From contig JAADVB010000153.1 in the NCBI GenBank assembly GCA_023334545.1, positions 1 to 46,219 on the forward strand: a stretch of 46,219 nucleotides of DNA, read 5' to 3'. This document shows positions 1-10,740 of this stretch, piece by piece. Each line of letters starts with the position of its first letter. Position 1 is the first letter of the stretch. The DNA is from Salisapilia sapeloensis CBS 127946. Its lineage: Eukaryota > Protista > Oomycota. The notes beneath the pieces were generated by a model. That model was not told the DNA's origin and did no database searches. It was given only the letters and a program-made list of their open reading frames with translations. Both the position numbers and the translations under genes were made by a program.

Positions 1-534
1 CGGATCTCGGAGCCCACCCGGCAGGTAGATGTCAATGTCAGGGCAGTCCTGTATCGCATCGTACACGTCCACGTCGTTTCGATCCACCAATTTGTAAAGT
101 TCTGCTGATGTCGCATTGCCTTGGTACGCAAAGTCCCATGGAATTATACTATCCTTACGTTCTATGCAAATCTCATGGAGAAGACTTAAATGGAGAATGT
201 CCTGCTTAGAAACCGGATCGCTCCAACTCGATCTCAGGACGCTGGCCGGATAGAATGACTCGTCTTCGTCCGGCAAAGTTCCGAGATATTGCTTTAACAA
301 GATACCCGCTTGCTCATACTTTTCCGCATACTCCACTGGGAAGTTGTAGTCCCAATGGGAAGGTCGATCCTTTGGTCGCATATAGCCATCCTTGATCGGT
401 AGGGAGTTTTGCGTCGGACTTGGTGAAGGAGCTGGCTGTCTTTGTAGATACGACAGATCAAGAAAAAATATCAATGCACCAACTAAGCAAATGCTGATGA
501 GGAAAGCAAGCCGGTTGTTTAGCGTCCTGCTCAT
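1..534 (-). CDS. 5' part (178 codons, runs off the window start) of a type II membrane protein; putative oomycete glycosyltransferase-family protein
   Basis: Not in the ORF track. ATG at 534 opens a stop-free frame to base 1: MSRTLNNRLAFLISICLVGALIFFLDLSY (N-terminal anchor), Pro/Ser stem (QPAPSPSPTQ), then ...LHEICIERKDSIIPWDF...DAIQDCPDIDIYLPGGLRDP. The IIPWDF and CPDxDIxLPxGLR motifs match my recollection of an oomycete family carrying a downstream GT domain; that domain lies outside the window, so the function is inferred. Confidence 0.65.
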   Translation of the reverse strand, partial: MSRTLNNRLAFLISICLVGALIFFLDLSYLQRQPAPSPSPTQNSLPIKDGYMRPKDRPSHWDYNFPVEYAEKYEQAGILLKQYLGTLPDEDESFYPASVLRSSWSDPVSKQDILHLSLLHEICIERKDSIIPWDFAYQGNATSAELYKLVDRNDVDVYDAIQDCPDIDIYLPGGLRDP

Positions 535-1225
535 ATTCGTCTGAATCGAAGCTATACAGTCGTCTGGACTAAAATACGAGGGTTGGCTTCATGTGTATCG
601 ACACCTGTGGAAGAAATTTCGTTGGCTTAAATTCATACCAGCTGATTATGGCATGTTACGACTTTTGATTTGAAGCTGATGTCGCGATTTGCATTCGTGT
701 AGAAAGCCAATGTTCATGCAGGGTCCATTGCGGCGAAGTATGCTATTAGAGCATAGAAGCAGAATTAATGGATTGATCACCTTGGATATATAATGACAAA
801 AGTAATATCTAGCCCAAAACTCGGTCAAATCTTTGATCTGGTAAGCTGGAAGAGTTTCAATTATACCAACTTGATCGCTGGCAACAAGACTTTAGACCTC
901 TAGAAACTGGATGGCTTGCCGTTTTAATAATGTACCGATAAATTCTATTGATATGCATAGACCTCACAGAAACTAAACTAGTCGGTATTTCTCAGTCCTG
1001 AAGTACTTGTGAGTAAATCAAGGAGAAAAGCAAGGCAAACTAGTCGAGGATGGAGAATACGTCCAAGAGGCTAGCTATAGTGTAATGAGGAATACAAAGT
1101 GGTGTGTGTATTAGGGAGAGTCAAAGTTTAAAGATCGCCCAGAAGTTACCAGTAGTTTACGTCCATGGTTATCTTGACCAGCCTGCAGAATTACAGGACT
1201 TTTCAGATTATCAACACCCAAAGTT

Positions 1226-1261
1226 TCTGTATCAGCTACCTCCAGAGGTAGCTGATACAGA
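1226..1261. repeat. Perfect 17-bp inverted repeat with a 2-nt spacer (hairpin)
   Basis: TCTGTATCAGCTACCTC-CA-GAGGTAGCTGATACAGA; the arms are exact reverse complements. Confidence 0.95.
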
Positions 1262-2220
1262 GTATAGGACGAAAAATATAAGAATCGGACGACCAAAACA
1301 TCAGTGCTTTAGATATGGACTTATAATGCAATTTTTTGACAATTCTGGTACCCCTGATATGTGTGAAGCTGCTCGATTCTATTCTTTAAGCCTCTTTCAT
1401 CTCCCTCATTTTATTTTCTAGTTGATTCCATTTCTACTGAGACTTCTGATTGCCACTAGTTGTTTGCTGTTGTTTTAAATGATGGAGAGTACATGAAGCA
1501 TAACTAAGCAGAAAGCATCCTTATCGCTTGTTACTTTGTGGTGCATTATTTACTAAAATTTCTTACACATTCTCTATATACCAAACTAAATAGATGGCTC
1601 TCTTCTGCAGAAAGTTGTAGAACAATCCCTATGTAGATTGGTGGTTTTAATTGGCTTCCACGAGACCGTTCGAGCTATATACGTGACATCCTAGAGCTAC
1701 TTTTCATCCATCCATAACGATAGTCTTATAACTATTCTTTATATTAGGCCATAGGGCGTAGCCCACGATTGAACCTTCAAGACATGCTAATTGCTTTTAG
1801 TTTCGAAGGCATCACATGGGCAATCCTCCGGATCGCTTATGAGTGATCTCTATCATCATGAATACCGCTCAGTAGGCGTGTCTGTAAGAACTCCAAAGGG
1901 ATAACGTTATGTACTACTCCCTTTGTCATTAAACATATTATCTCTATCGCTTTTGTAATAGGTAAAGCTTTGTCCTTCATTATGCAACGCAAATGGTAGC
2001 AAGGCATGCGTAATTTCTACTATTAGCTCTCTTTGGCTGCAAAAAGAAAATATTTCAGCTTTAGAAGCGTCTTATGCGGACTAATGTATCATGTTTGGTT
2101 CCTCATTAAGGTCAAAATCTTAGATGTATACTTTCGAGACTAAGGTGAGCTATTCTTGTCAAAAAATTTCTCGCGATGAGCAGCGCGTTCGGTCATTCAC
2201 AGTGAAAGTGAAGCTATTCC

Positions 2221-4440
2221 TCATGTCTCACTTTGCTTCCTCCTCAATTGACTAGCGCTGCCTTTGCTGCCAAATTCGATATTCGATCGCGGCATTAGGG
2301 CATTCTCTGTGAATGGACGAGCACCTTTCTTGCTCTCTGGGTTTGTCTTTTGTAGTTCGCGGTCCATTGTCAGCCTTCGTCTTTCCAGAACGATGAGAAG
2401 CGCAACAAAGAGGAGGGCACAGAAAGCTATTCCCCCCACAATGCCCGAAATAATGATGTTGGGTCCGTATTGAGCATCATCATCATCTCCGAAAATAGCA
2501 GTACTGCATCGAGGTCCGCCCCACGTAGCCGGCGAGAAGCAGTAGCATCGATTGTTATCGCCACATCGCCCTGTATTAATGGCAGTGTTTCCAACAGTCC
2601 CTGCAGAGCAATCTCGATCACTACGACACGAGGCTCCACCAGTTACCTCTACCCACTTGTTGTCAATATCCTCGTATTCACTAATGTGCCCATCGATCCA
2701 TTCCTTCGTTGGGTGCGTAGATGGATCGCATCCAATGGACATATCTGAGTCGAAGCTTACGTCTTGGTAGAGTCGAATGTAGTCGACCTGCATGTACATA
2801 GGGAAGGAGTCACAAATCCGATTTGTTTGCTCATCCTTTCGATCTCCCCAACATTCATCACCCGCATTCGGTGGCGTTGCACCCCAGCTCGTGGCAAGCG
2901 CAACATTCAAAATCATATACATCGGTTCCTCAGGGAAAACCTTCTTTGGGTTGCTCTTGTCATGGCCTTCCGGTACATTGATAATGGAGCTTGCAGGTAT
3001 TTCAAAAAGTACTTGGCCATCAGCTTGCCAGCGCACCCATCCGTTGTCACCAGTCACCCACTCGAGCTGGTAATCGATAAATCCTGTGTATGTCTTCAAT
3101 GGAACTTCTGTGTTTGCTGATATAGCGTCCATTTGATAGCTGAACGGTTTCATCGTGCTCGTCGTCGCATTTCCTGTTTTTCTCGGGTCTGAACACCGCT
3201 TATCTGTGTTGTCCGGATCGCAAAGAAAAGCACCCATATAGGCGTTAATCTTGGGCATACAACCGCCGTTGTAATTAATGCCCCAGTGGTGGTCTCCATT
3301 ACCATCAATGAGACCAAGGTCCGAGTTGCCATCGTAGCTACCTGGGCAAGTATTGACGCCTTCGCATGTGTTGCTCACGATACCTCGAGACACACTTTTG
3401 TTTACAGCTTTAAAGTTTTGTTTGATCGATGAGTCAGCAGCGCACCACCCATTCGGTGCATAACGCAGGCCCTGGTACCATGATTTATGTCCTCGAGCTT
3501 CGTATACCTTGGTTGGGACATTTAGGAAGTTTGCTCCTTCTGTGGTACAGTCTCCGCCGTAAATACAATAACTATTTGAGTCGTTTGTGGCTTCTATCAG
3601 TCGATAGTCCTTTGGCATACCAGGAGCTATTTGAATAGAAGTAGAGAGAGCGGTACCTCCGCCTTCCAGTAGATCAATTTCCACTGCTCCTCTCCCTTGG
3701 TTCGGATTTAAGCCGTATCCAGGATTATCATCGCATGCACTGATTCTTTGGTTTGGCGCATACTCGTCATCGCATTCGTTGTAGCTCCATGGCCACATAC
3801 GGTTTGTACTACCGGTGAAAAGAGCTCGACCAAGGTTGCCCATAAGCCAGATGCCAGGCCATGTTGGATAGTAAGCGATTTCTTCGACTCGTGAATACTC
3901 ACTTCCATTCACCACGTCAGGGTTCTTACTAGCACTAGAGACAGCCCCAGGCAGTTTCGCTCGGACTTCCATCCTTCCGCCCTGGAAACAAAACTTGTTC
4001 CAGGATTGGACCATACCACTGCGGTAGTACATGGAATGGGTTTCATAGCCTGGCGGATTAGCGTACCCGTTATAGACATCAAAGGTAATATTCACGTCAT
4101 TGCGAATCTCAATTTGGAAGACGCCGGTTTTGTCGTCGTCATCGAGTGTCACAGTGGAAGTCATGTTCGGCGAGTAGTACTCCAGAGCGGCATTGACACC
4201 ATCCGCCAAGTCCAGCGCAGTCCAAAGGTGATCATCACCAGCAACGAACGATCGATTGGGTGTATTAAATTCGTCGCTCATCACGAGCTCCCAGACGTCA
4301 CCGCGCGACGTCGTTACTGTCTGTCGATCCGCTGGGGTGTCGATGTCGACCCAAGGTCGGACACCAGAAGCGGCTTTAAAGTTCGTGTCTCCGACCACGA
4401 GATGTAGAAATGGCGCAGCGATGAGTGGTGAAAGCCTCAT
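2221..4440 (-). CDS. KRE6: KRE6/SKN1-like beta-glucan synthesis-associated protein (GH16), type I membrane, 739 aa
   Basis: Motifs WELVMSDEF, YYRSGMVQSWNKFCFQGGR, WPGIWLMGNLGRA, catalytic GRGAVEIDLLE (ExDxxE) and FPEEPMYMILN; C-terminal EGF-like Cys motif plus TM helix. The likely start is ATG 4440 (MRLSPLIAAPFLHLVVG, signal-peptide-like), not 4641. Confidence 0.9.
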   Translation of the reverse strand: MRLSPLIAAPFLHLVVGDTNFKAASGVRPWVDIDTPADRQTVTTSRGDVWELVMSDEFNTPNRSFVAGDDHLWTALDLADGVNAALEYYSPNMTSTVTLDDDDKTGVFQIEIRNDVNITFDVYNGYANPPGYETHSMYYRSGMVQSWNKFCFQGGRMEVRAKLPGAVSSASKNPDVVNGSEYSRVEEIAYYPTWPGIWLMGNLGRALFTGSTNRMWPWSYNECDDEYAPNQRISACDDNPGYGLNPNQGRGAVEIDLLEGGGTALSTSIQIAPGMPKDYRLIEATNDSNSYCIYGGDCTTEGANFLNVPTKVYEARGHKSWYQGLRYAPNGWCAADSSIKQNFKAVNKSVSRGIVSNTCEGVNTCPGSYDGNSDLGLIDGNGDHHWGINYNGGCMPKINAYMGAFLCDPDNTDKRCSDPRKTGNATTSTMKPFSYQMDAISANTEVPLKTYTGFIDYQLEWVTGDNGWVRWQADGQVLFEIPASSIINVPEGHDKSNPKKVFPEEPMYMILNVALATSWGATPPNAGDECWGDRKDEQTNRICDSFPMYMQVDYIRLYQDVSFDSDMSIGCDPSTHPTKEWIDGHISEYEDIDNKWVEVTGGASCRSDRDCSAGTVGNTAINTGRCGDNNRCYCFSPATWGGPRCSTAIFGDDDDAQYGPNIIISGIVGGIAFCALLFVALLIVLERRRLTMDRELQKTNPESKKGARPFTENALMPRSNIEFGSKGSASQLRRKQSET

Positions 4441-6279
4441 CCTTTCGTCACGCAGGTACCAGAGACGAAGTGAAGAACTGAAAAACTGAAGAATGGTGTA
4501 GTAAGATTTTGATGGACACCCCGTCAGTGTGATAGACATCTGTTGGTGAGACGGGCAAGATACCAACAGGGCAACCGGACCGATGATAGCGTCAATAAAA
4601 TGCATAGATAGCGAGATCAAAAACCAGGTTCTATCTAACATTGCAGGCCTACTTGATTAAATCTGGCATGCATGGCAAAGAAGGCTAGCAAAGAACGAAT
4701 GCTCTTGCATATAAAAGAGGCTTTGCTGCGTCGAGATCGCCCTACCCATTACACACGAGAGTTTATTGTGATCGTAGTACAATCGTGTGATTTCTCCAAT
4801 CGAAGCGCATACTGAACGGCAGATTATGGTCCTGGGTTCGGTCTTTCTTCTGAAGACATCGCGATAAAGTATCTGTTGGTCGCGAAAGCCTCCAGTATCG
4901 AATAAACCTTCCCTTCTGCTTACACAAGATTAGCAAAGAAGCATGTTTACCAAGATAAGACTGTCTTGACCACTGAAATGAGCGAAGTGTGCATGCAGTT
5001 CCATATAAAATCTATCTTGGAAACTATCCACTGCATATTCCTGTCCAATCTGTCCTACACCTGATAGTACTGGCATCCCCAACGCAAGTTTAAACGCATG
5101 GATGTGTGCCTAGTAAAGATGTAATGTATGGAGAAGTCGAAATTGCTTTAGATTGAATGATTTCAGGATGGAGCCGTCGTGAGTCCAATTTGCTATACCA
5201 AAGTTTCCATAGAGTTATACCGATCGATCGACGATTCCGAACTGATGATATGCTATGCCATGCTAGGGAGATTCCTCTTCAGGATAGCAAATGCATCGTT
5301 CTCGGATGCTCACAAGAAAGCTTTGCCTATATTTTCGAGTTTCTATGCATTTGAACGTCCTTTGCGCAATGTACAAGTACGAAGACGCATGGCAAGGGAA
5401 GAGCTGCATAAAACAAATAAGACCAAACGGGTAACTGCGATGTTTCGTACTCCTCAAGCCAGCTGCTTTGTACCTGCTTGCTGCATGAACAACGTCTACA
5501 TGCACCCACTCTTGGTAGGTAACCCATCGACGACTTGATCAGTAGCTTTGGATTGATGCCACAAATGACAATTAGCATTCACGCATCATCTTCGTTATCG
5601 GAGAACACAGTCAAGCAATATACAGCTATCATTGTCTTCGAGCAGTTCCGCTCATCCAAACTAGTAGATCTGACTTCCAAACCGTTATCGCCTCAATTGG
5701 AGCCACCGATGTGAATAACATAAGCGATGTGTTACTGCCCATGAGACTGATCTGCCATAGGATCTTATACGAGCCGCATGCGAGTATAAAAGTATTGGAT
5801 AAAATCGAAGAGCCGACGCCAATTCATTGCACATCGATTTTGTAATGTAAGATTAGGTACTGCTCACACTAGGCTTCACTCAAATAGAAAAGCAGAGCGA
5901 ATTTACAAGTCACATGCTACCCGCGATAGCTTTAGCAGTCGTCCAAAACAACTCACAAGACACCGCTTTCCATGTACAGCTACACTACGCTAGGTTTCCA
6001 ACGATAGCAACTTCTACGCAATTGTCAAGTTCATTGACTCCAGTCAAAGTGTACCTAAATGCCACCAGCTCCAATCATCCGAACGACTGGACGACCATCT
6101 TCAATGCTCGATTACTTGACCTCTACTCAGACCCGCACGGAAACCGGCTGAAAGGTTCTTTCCGGCCATCATCATTCCGTCAACAGTGAGTTAGGCGGAC
6201 TGAGTGATTTTCCTGCGCACTTAACCATGGCGCCACCAGTCAGCCAGTCAGAGTGATGGTCTTGCACATCCTGTCGTTA

Positions 6280-6295
6280 GCTCATACTCCAATTA
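6280..6295 (+). promoter_or_regulatory. Probable oomycete INR-FPR core promoter of the ABC transporter gene
   Basis: GCTCATACTCCAATTA matches 14 of 16 positions of GCTCATTYYNCAWTTT and ends 15 nt before ATG 6311. Confidence 0.5.
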
Positions 6296-6310
6296 CCTCC
6301 CGACGTCTCA

Positions 6311-9300
6311 ATGGACGGACTCGCGTCTACTCGCCCAGACAAGCGGGACTATGCGACCATTGACCAAGGAGAGGTGCACACAGCTCAGCCGCATCCGGAT
6401 GACGTATCCTGGTTCTCCTTCCTCACCTTTACGTTTGCCAATCCGGTCATGTCTCTCGGGAACAAGCGTCAGTTGGATGACGACGATCTGTTTCCTTTGC
6501 CAGCAAAGTATGAGACCGCTGCTGCCTTTGCGGACTTTGAGCCGAACTTTAAGAAGACCAATGGGTCTATCGTTCGTGCCTCCCTTCGCACGTACGGATG
6601 GACTTTGATGTGGTGTGGACTGGCGGAAGGACTAAAGGCAGCTTGCTCTATCCTATCTCCAGCAGTGCTTCACCACGTTGTCGATGCACTTAGCCATGAA
6701 GAAGTCGACATGGTAGACTTAAGCATTTGGCTCGGTCTGTTCTTTGCTGTACGAATAATCAACGCCATCACGTTTTCTCAAATGCTCTACTACGTCGAGC
6801 TAGTGGCACTGCATCTCATGGTTTCCATCCGTACGTTGCTCATGCGCAAGTCAATGCGTCGTAGCGTCCAGAGCAAGAATGATAAGGAATCGATCGACAC
6901 GGCCAACTTGTTCACGTCCGACGTCGACAACGTCCTCATGGCTGCGTTCACGATCAACAACGCCTGGATCATGCCGATCCAGATCACTGCAGTCATCATC
7001 ATGCTCTACTATGTCATCGACCTCGCTGCCTTTGCTGGGCTAGGAATCATCCTAGTGTCCATGCTGGCTAGCTATCTAATCGCAATGGCGAGTGGATCGA
7101 CCATGGAAGAAGTCATGAAGCGAAAGGATGATCGGATGAGAGTCGTGAAGGAGATCTTTGGCGCCATCCAAATCGTCAAGCTCAACGCATGGGAAGGCAA
7201 GTTCAAAGAAAAACTCATGCAAGCACGTGCAGTGGAGTTGCAACAAGTCGCCAAGTTCATGTACCTCGGCGCTTTGAACATTTTCGTGCTCTGGGGATCT
7301 CCTCTCTTCGTCTCCATTGCCTCCTTCTCCGTCTACTCACTCGTGCTGAACTATACCTTGACTCCAGCGAAAGTCTTCACTGCCATAGCTCTCTTCAGTG
7401 CCATCCAAGAGTCGCTACGTGGCCTCCCGTCGACCATCCAACAGATCATCCAAGCCAAAGTGTCCATCGATCGATTTACGAGGTACTTTAACCTGGACGA
7501 AATCGACATGTCAAACGTCACAAAGGAAGACTCGAGCCAGCCAGAGGACGTGGCGATCTCTGTGGAAGACGCAACTTTCGCCTGGGAAACCGACAAACCG
7601 CTGCTGTCGAATGTGAACATGCAGGTGAAGAAAGGTGATCTAGTCGTCATTCATGGCTCGGTCGGAGCTGGCAAGTCGTCCTTGTGCAGCGCTCTCTTGG
7701 GTGAGATGCACAAACTATCGGGAAAAGTATTTGTTCGAGGCAATGTCGCGTACTACTCCCAAGAAGCTTGGATCCAGAACATGAGTGTCAAGGACAACAT
7801 CCTCTTCGGTCTTCCATTTGATGAAGAAAAATATAACAAGGTCCTAGGTGCTTGCGGTCTCATCGCTGATCTGAATCAACTCCCGGCTGGAGACGCAACT
7901 GAGATCGGACAGAAGGGTGTGAATCTCTCTGGCGGACAGAAAGCCAGAGTCAGTCTCGCGAGAGCTTGCTATGCCGACGCAGACGTCATCATCCTTGACA
8001 CGCCGCTGGCGGCCGTCGATGCCGTCGTCCAACAGCACATCTTCCGGAAATGCATCTGCAACTTGCTGGAGAGCAAGACAGTGGTCCTCGTGACCCACAG
8101 CCAGGACGTCATCGAGTCGAGCGCATCGAACTACAAGATCTTGGTCGATGGGAAAGGAGTGCACGGCGAACGACACGACCGCACGAGCTCTCGTAGGGAG
8201 CTCGCAGGCATATCCAAGGAAGATGCAGTGACATCCAACGTCCCGTCTTCCATCAGTGGGAAGCTTGTGCTAGATGAAGAGCGCGAAGAAGGACGTGTAT
8301 CCGCCAGTGTCTTCAAAAAGTACTTTGACGCGATCGGAGGCATCCGTGTCTGCATCTTCCTCCTCGTCGTCCAAGCTTTATGGCAGGCCTTCAAGATCTC
8401 TAGTGACATTTGGATCAGTTGGTGGACGGATGGAAAGCTACCTCTTGACACGCGAGACAGCGTCGTCTACAACATGCGCGTGTATGCTCTTCTTGGCCTT
8501 GGTAGTGCCGTCATGGTCGGTTTGCGTACAATGACCATCGCCGTCGCAGGTCTGCGTGCATCGAAATACGTCTTCGAAGCCATGACCAGCGCCTTGCTAT
8601 CCTCCCCCTTGCGCTTCTTCGATGCCAACCCCATCGGACGTATCGTGAACAGATACGCAGACGACATCTCCAAGGTCGACTTTGACATCCCCTTTGCCTT
8701 TGGTACGCTCTTGGCAATGTGCTTCATCGTCATCTGCCAACTCAGCACCGCCATATACATGGTCGACTTCCTCGGCTTCTTCATCATCCCGCTCGTCTAC
8801 TTTTACATCAAGATGGCCAACTTTTACCTCGCACCGGCACGAGAGGTCGCTCGACTGTGGCGAACGTCCTTGTCTCCAGCGCTGAACTATACGACGCAGG
8901 CCGAGGAAGGTGTTACGGTCATTCGAGCCTTTGGACAAGACACGATCGAACGTACGGTCCTCGAGGCCAATAGTCGACTGGACAAGACCACACGGGTCTG
9001 GTTTGGCGAAACGGTGCTGCGTTCATGGTTCGCTCTCCGGATGCAGCTTATTGGATGCGCCGTGATCATCGGCATCGTGTCGTCGCTCTTGTACTTGCAC
9101 TCTATGCTGTCGCCTGGTATCGTCGGACTTGCATTCACATACGCGCTGACGGTCGATGGTGAACTTGCCAGTATTGTAGATGTGTGGGTGTGGATGGAGA
9201 CGTCCATGGTCAGTCCAGAGCGTATCCTCGAGTACGCTTCTCTCCCGTCGGAAGGATCGTCCAAGCCACTCGTGCTCGAGCCTTCTCCAGAGTGGCCGAC

Positions 9301-10045
9301 GCAAGGCACGGTCGACTTCGAGGATGTCATGTTCAGCTACAAGGAGGACGGACCGCGTGTCTTGAAAGGATTGTCGTTCAGCATACAGCACAACGAAAAG
9401 ATCGGGATCGTCGGTCGCACAGGAGCTGGTAAGAGCAGTCTCACCATGGCACTCTTCCGTATCAATGAGCTCATCTCTGGCCGCATCGTGATCGACGGCA
9501 AGGACATTTCGACTCTGCCATTACAAACACTTCGGTCCAACATCTCGATCATCCCGCAGAATCCTGTGCTGTTCAAGGGAACTCTCAAGGCCTACATTGA
9601 TCCTTTTGACGAGTACTCGGAAGAAGAGATCTGGTCGGCTATGGACAAGGTCGAGATGGGCGGCAAGATTCGTCAGTTGGAAGGACAGCTAGAGTTCGAG
9701 CTGAGCGAGAATGGCGAGAACTTTAGTGTCGGTGAACGGCAGATGCTGTGTATGGCGAGAGCCTTGTTGACCAAGAGCAAGATCATCGTCATGGACGAAG
9801 CGACGGCGGCTATCGATCGCGAGACGGAGCGCAAGCTACAAGAGATGGTCGAGCGAGACTTTGAAGACGCGACGGTACTGACGATCGCCCATCGTCTTTC
9901 CACGGTGATCGACTGCGACCGTATTCTCGTCATGAGCGACGGTCGGATGCTCGAATTCGACTCGCCGAAGAACTTGGCCAAGGACGAAAGTGGAGCCTTT
10001 TACCAACTAGCCAAGGAAGGTGGTGTGCTAGACAAACTGCTGTAG
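6311..10045 (+). CDS. ABCC/MRP-family full ABC transporter (TMD-NBD-TMD-NBD), 1,244 aa, intronless
   Basis: NBD1: GSVGAGKS, LSGGQKAR, IILDTPLAAVD, LVTH. NBD2: GRTGAGKSS, FSVGERQM, MDEATA, IAHR. Two 6-TM domains including NRYADDISKVD. Confidence 0.95.
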   Translation: MDGLASTRPDKRDYATIDQGEVHTAQPHPDDVSWFSFLTFTFANPVMSLGNKRQLDDDDLFPLPAKYETAAAFADFEPNFKKTNGSIVRASLRTYGWTLMWCGLAEGLKAACSILSPAVLHHVVDALSHEEVDMVDLSIWLGLFFAVRIINAITFSQMLYYVELVALHLMVSIRTLLMRKSMRRSVQSKNDKESIDTANLFTSDVDNVLMAAFTINNAWIMPIQITAVIIMLYYVIDLAAFAGLGIILVSMLASYLIAMASGSTMEEVMKRKDDRMRVVKEIFGAIQIVKLNAWEGKFKEKLMQARAVELQQVAKFMYLGALNIFVLWGSPLFVSIASFSVYSLVLNYTLTPAKVFTAIALFSAIQESLRGLPSTIQQIIQAKVSIDRFTRYFNLDEIDMSNVTKEDSSQPEDVAISVEDATFAWETDKPLLSNVNMQVKKGDLVVIHGSVGAGKSSLCSALLGEMHKLSGKVFVRGNVAYYSQEAWIQNMSVKDNILFGLPFDEEKYNKVLGACGLIADLNQLPAGDATEIGQKGVNLSGGQKARVSLARACYADADVIILDTPLAAVDAVVQQHIFRKCICNLLESKTVVLVTHSQDVIESSASNYKILVDGKGVHGERHDRTSSRRELAGISKEDAVTSNVPSSISGKLVLDEEREEGRVSASVFKKYFDAIGGIRVCIFLLVVQALWQAFKISSDIWISWWTDGKLPLDTRDSVVYNMRVYALLGLGSAVMVGLRTMTIAVAGLRASKYVFEAMTSALLSSPLRFFDANPIGRIVNRYADDISKVDFDIPFAFGTLLAMCFIVICQLSTAIYMVDFLGFFIIPLVYFYIKMANFYLAPAREVARLWRTSLSPALNYTTQAEEGVTVIRAFGQDTIERTVLEANSRLDKTTRVWFGETVLRSWFALRMQLIGCAVIIGIVSSLLYLHSMLSPGIVGLAFTYALTVDGELASIVDVWVWMETSMVSPERILEYASLPSEGSSKPLVLEPSPEWPTQGTVDFEDVMFSYKEDGPRVLKGLSFSIQHNEKIGIVGRTGAGKSSLTMALFRINELISGRIVIDGKDISTLPLQTLRSNISIIPQNPVLFKGTLKAYIDPFDEYSEEEIWSAMDKVEMGGKIRQLEGQLEFELSENGENFSVGERQMLCMARALLTKSKIIVMDEATAAIDRETERKLQEMVERDFEDATVLTIAHRLSTVIDCDRILVMSDGRMLEFDSPKNLAKDESGAFYQLAKEGGVLDKLL

Positions 10046-10116
10046 GACTTGATACGAATAAAACAACTCTCTGCATTAAGACTACTACATGTTACGACGG
10101 AAATGAGCATACTTGG

Positions 10117-10485
10117 TTAGCACGGCGTATGTACTGCTTCCTCCTTTCGCTCTTTACACCCGAAGACGCCGCTTTGAACGATTCCGCAGTAGGAACCGAA
10201 CGGGAGTCCAGGTTGAGGCCCAGGACACTGTCCACCAGGTACTTTGCCAACGCACATAAACTGCTTTGTGACGCAAAAGTTGCCTTTCACTCCTTCCACA
10301 CTAACTTCTCCTTCACCTACGCTGCATGCATGCCGCAAATGCTTTTCAGGATAGTACGTCGCTGGCTTGAAGACACCGGGTAGGATGTCTTCTATCGGAT
10401 GGAAAGGAGGAATCTGGTTCGCTGGAGACAATGCCCATGCTCCCGCATTAAAACGCACGATCAAAAACACTAGCGTGAACGCCAT
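10117..10485 (-). CDS. Small secreted cysteine-rich protein, ~122 aa
   Basis: The ATG at 10485 gives a signal-peptide-like MAFTLVFLIVRFNAGAWA. The mature part has 7 Cys with the motif SVEGV-x3-FC..C..GQCPGPQPGLPFGSYCGIVQSGVFGC, which I recognise as an oomycete Cys-rich module. Confidence 0.7.
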   Translation of the reverse strand: MAFTLVFLIVRFNAGAWALSPANQIPPFHPIEDILPGVFKPATYYPEKHLRHACSVGEGEVSVEGVKGNFCVTKQFMCVGKVPGGQCPGPQPGLPFGSYCGIVQSGVFGCKERKEEAVHTPC

Positions 10486-10740
10486 CTTCCATGCCTGACT
10501 GATCATAGCTTTGTCGTATCGTTCGAGTGCGACGTTCAAGGCAAATACGAGACTGAACGAAGCTGTCTAGAACTCGAAATGGAAGTTGATGTCTTGACAC
10601 TACGTCTGCACTTATGTCTGTCTTTCTGCAGAAGAACAGCGTCTCTTACTTTTCAAACGCAAATAGTAGAGACTTGTAGACTTTCGACATAGGTGGCTTT
10701 CAACTCGTCTATTGGTATCGGACATGCATTATACTCAAAG

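Noticed and set aside
1200-1300. Hairpin as a Helitron 3' end or rho-independent terminator
   Set aside because: There is no CTRR terminus or U-tract next to it, no Rep/helicase remnant, and the DNA is eukaryotic.
1104-1421. 105-aa ORF and its antisense 61-aa ORF sharing LYQLPxEVADTE
   Set aside because: Non-ATG start; the shared peptide is simply the palindrome read on both strands.
4441-4641. 67-aa in-frame N-terminal extension of KRE6
   Set aside because: It would bury the signal-peptide-like segment at Met68 and reads like UTR or promoter sequence.
5914-6189. 91-aa ATG ORF upstream of the ABC gene
   Set aside because: No motif, signal or family; it lies in the probable promoter region.
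7981-8020. Non-canonical Walker B (LDTP) in ABC NBD1 as a sign of inactivation
   Set aside because: A degenerate NBD1 site is normal for ABCC proteins, and NBD2 has the canonical DE.
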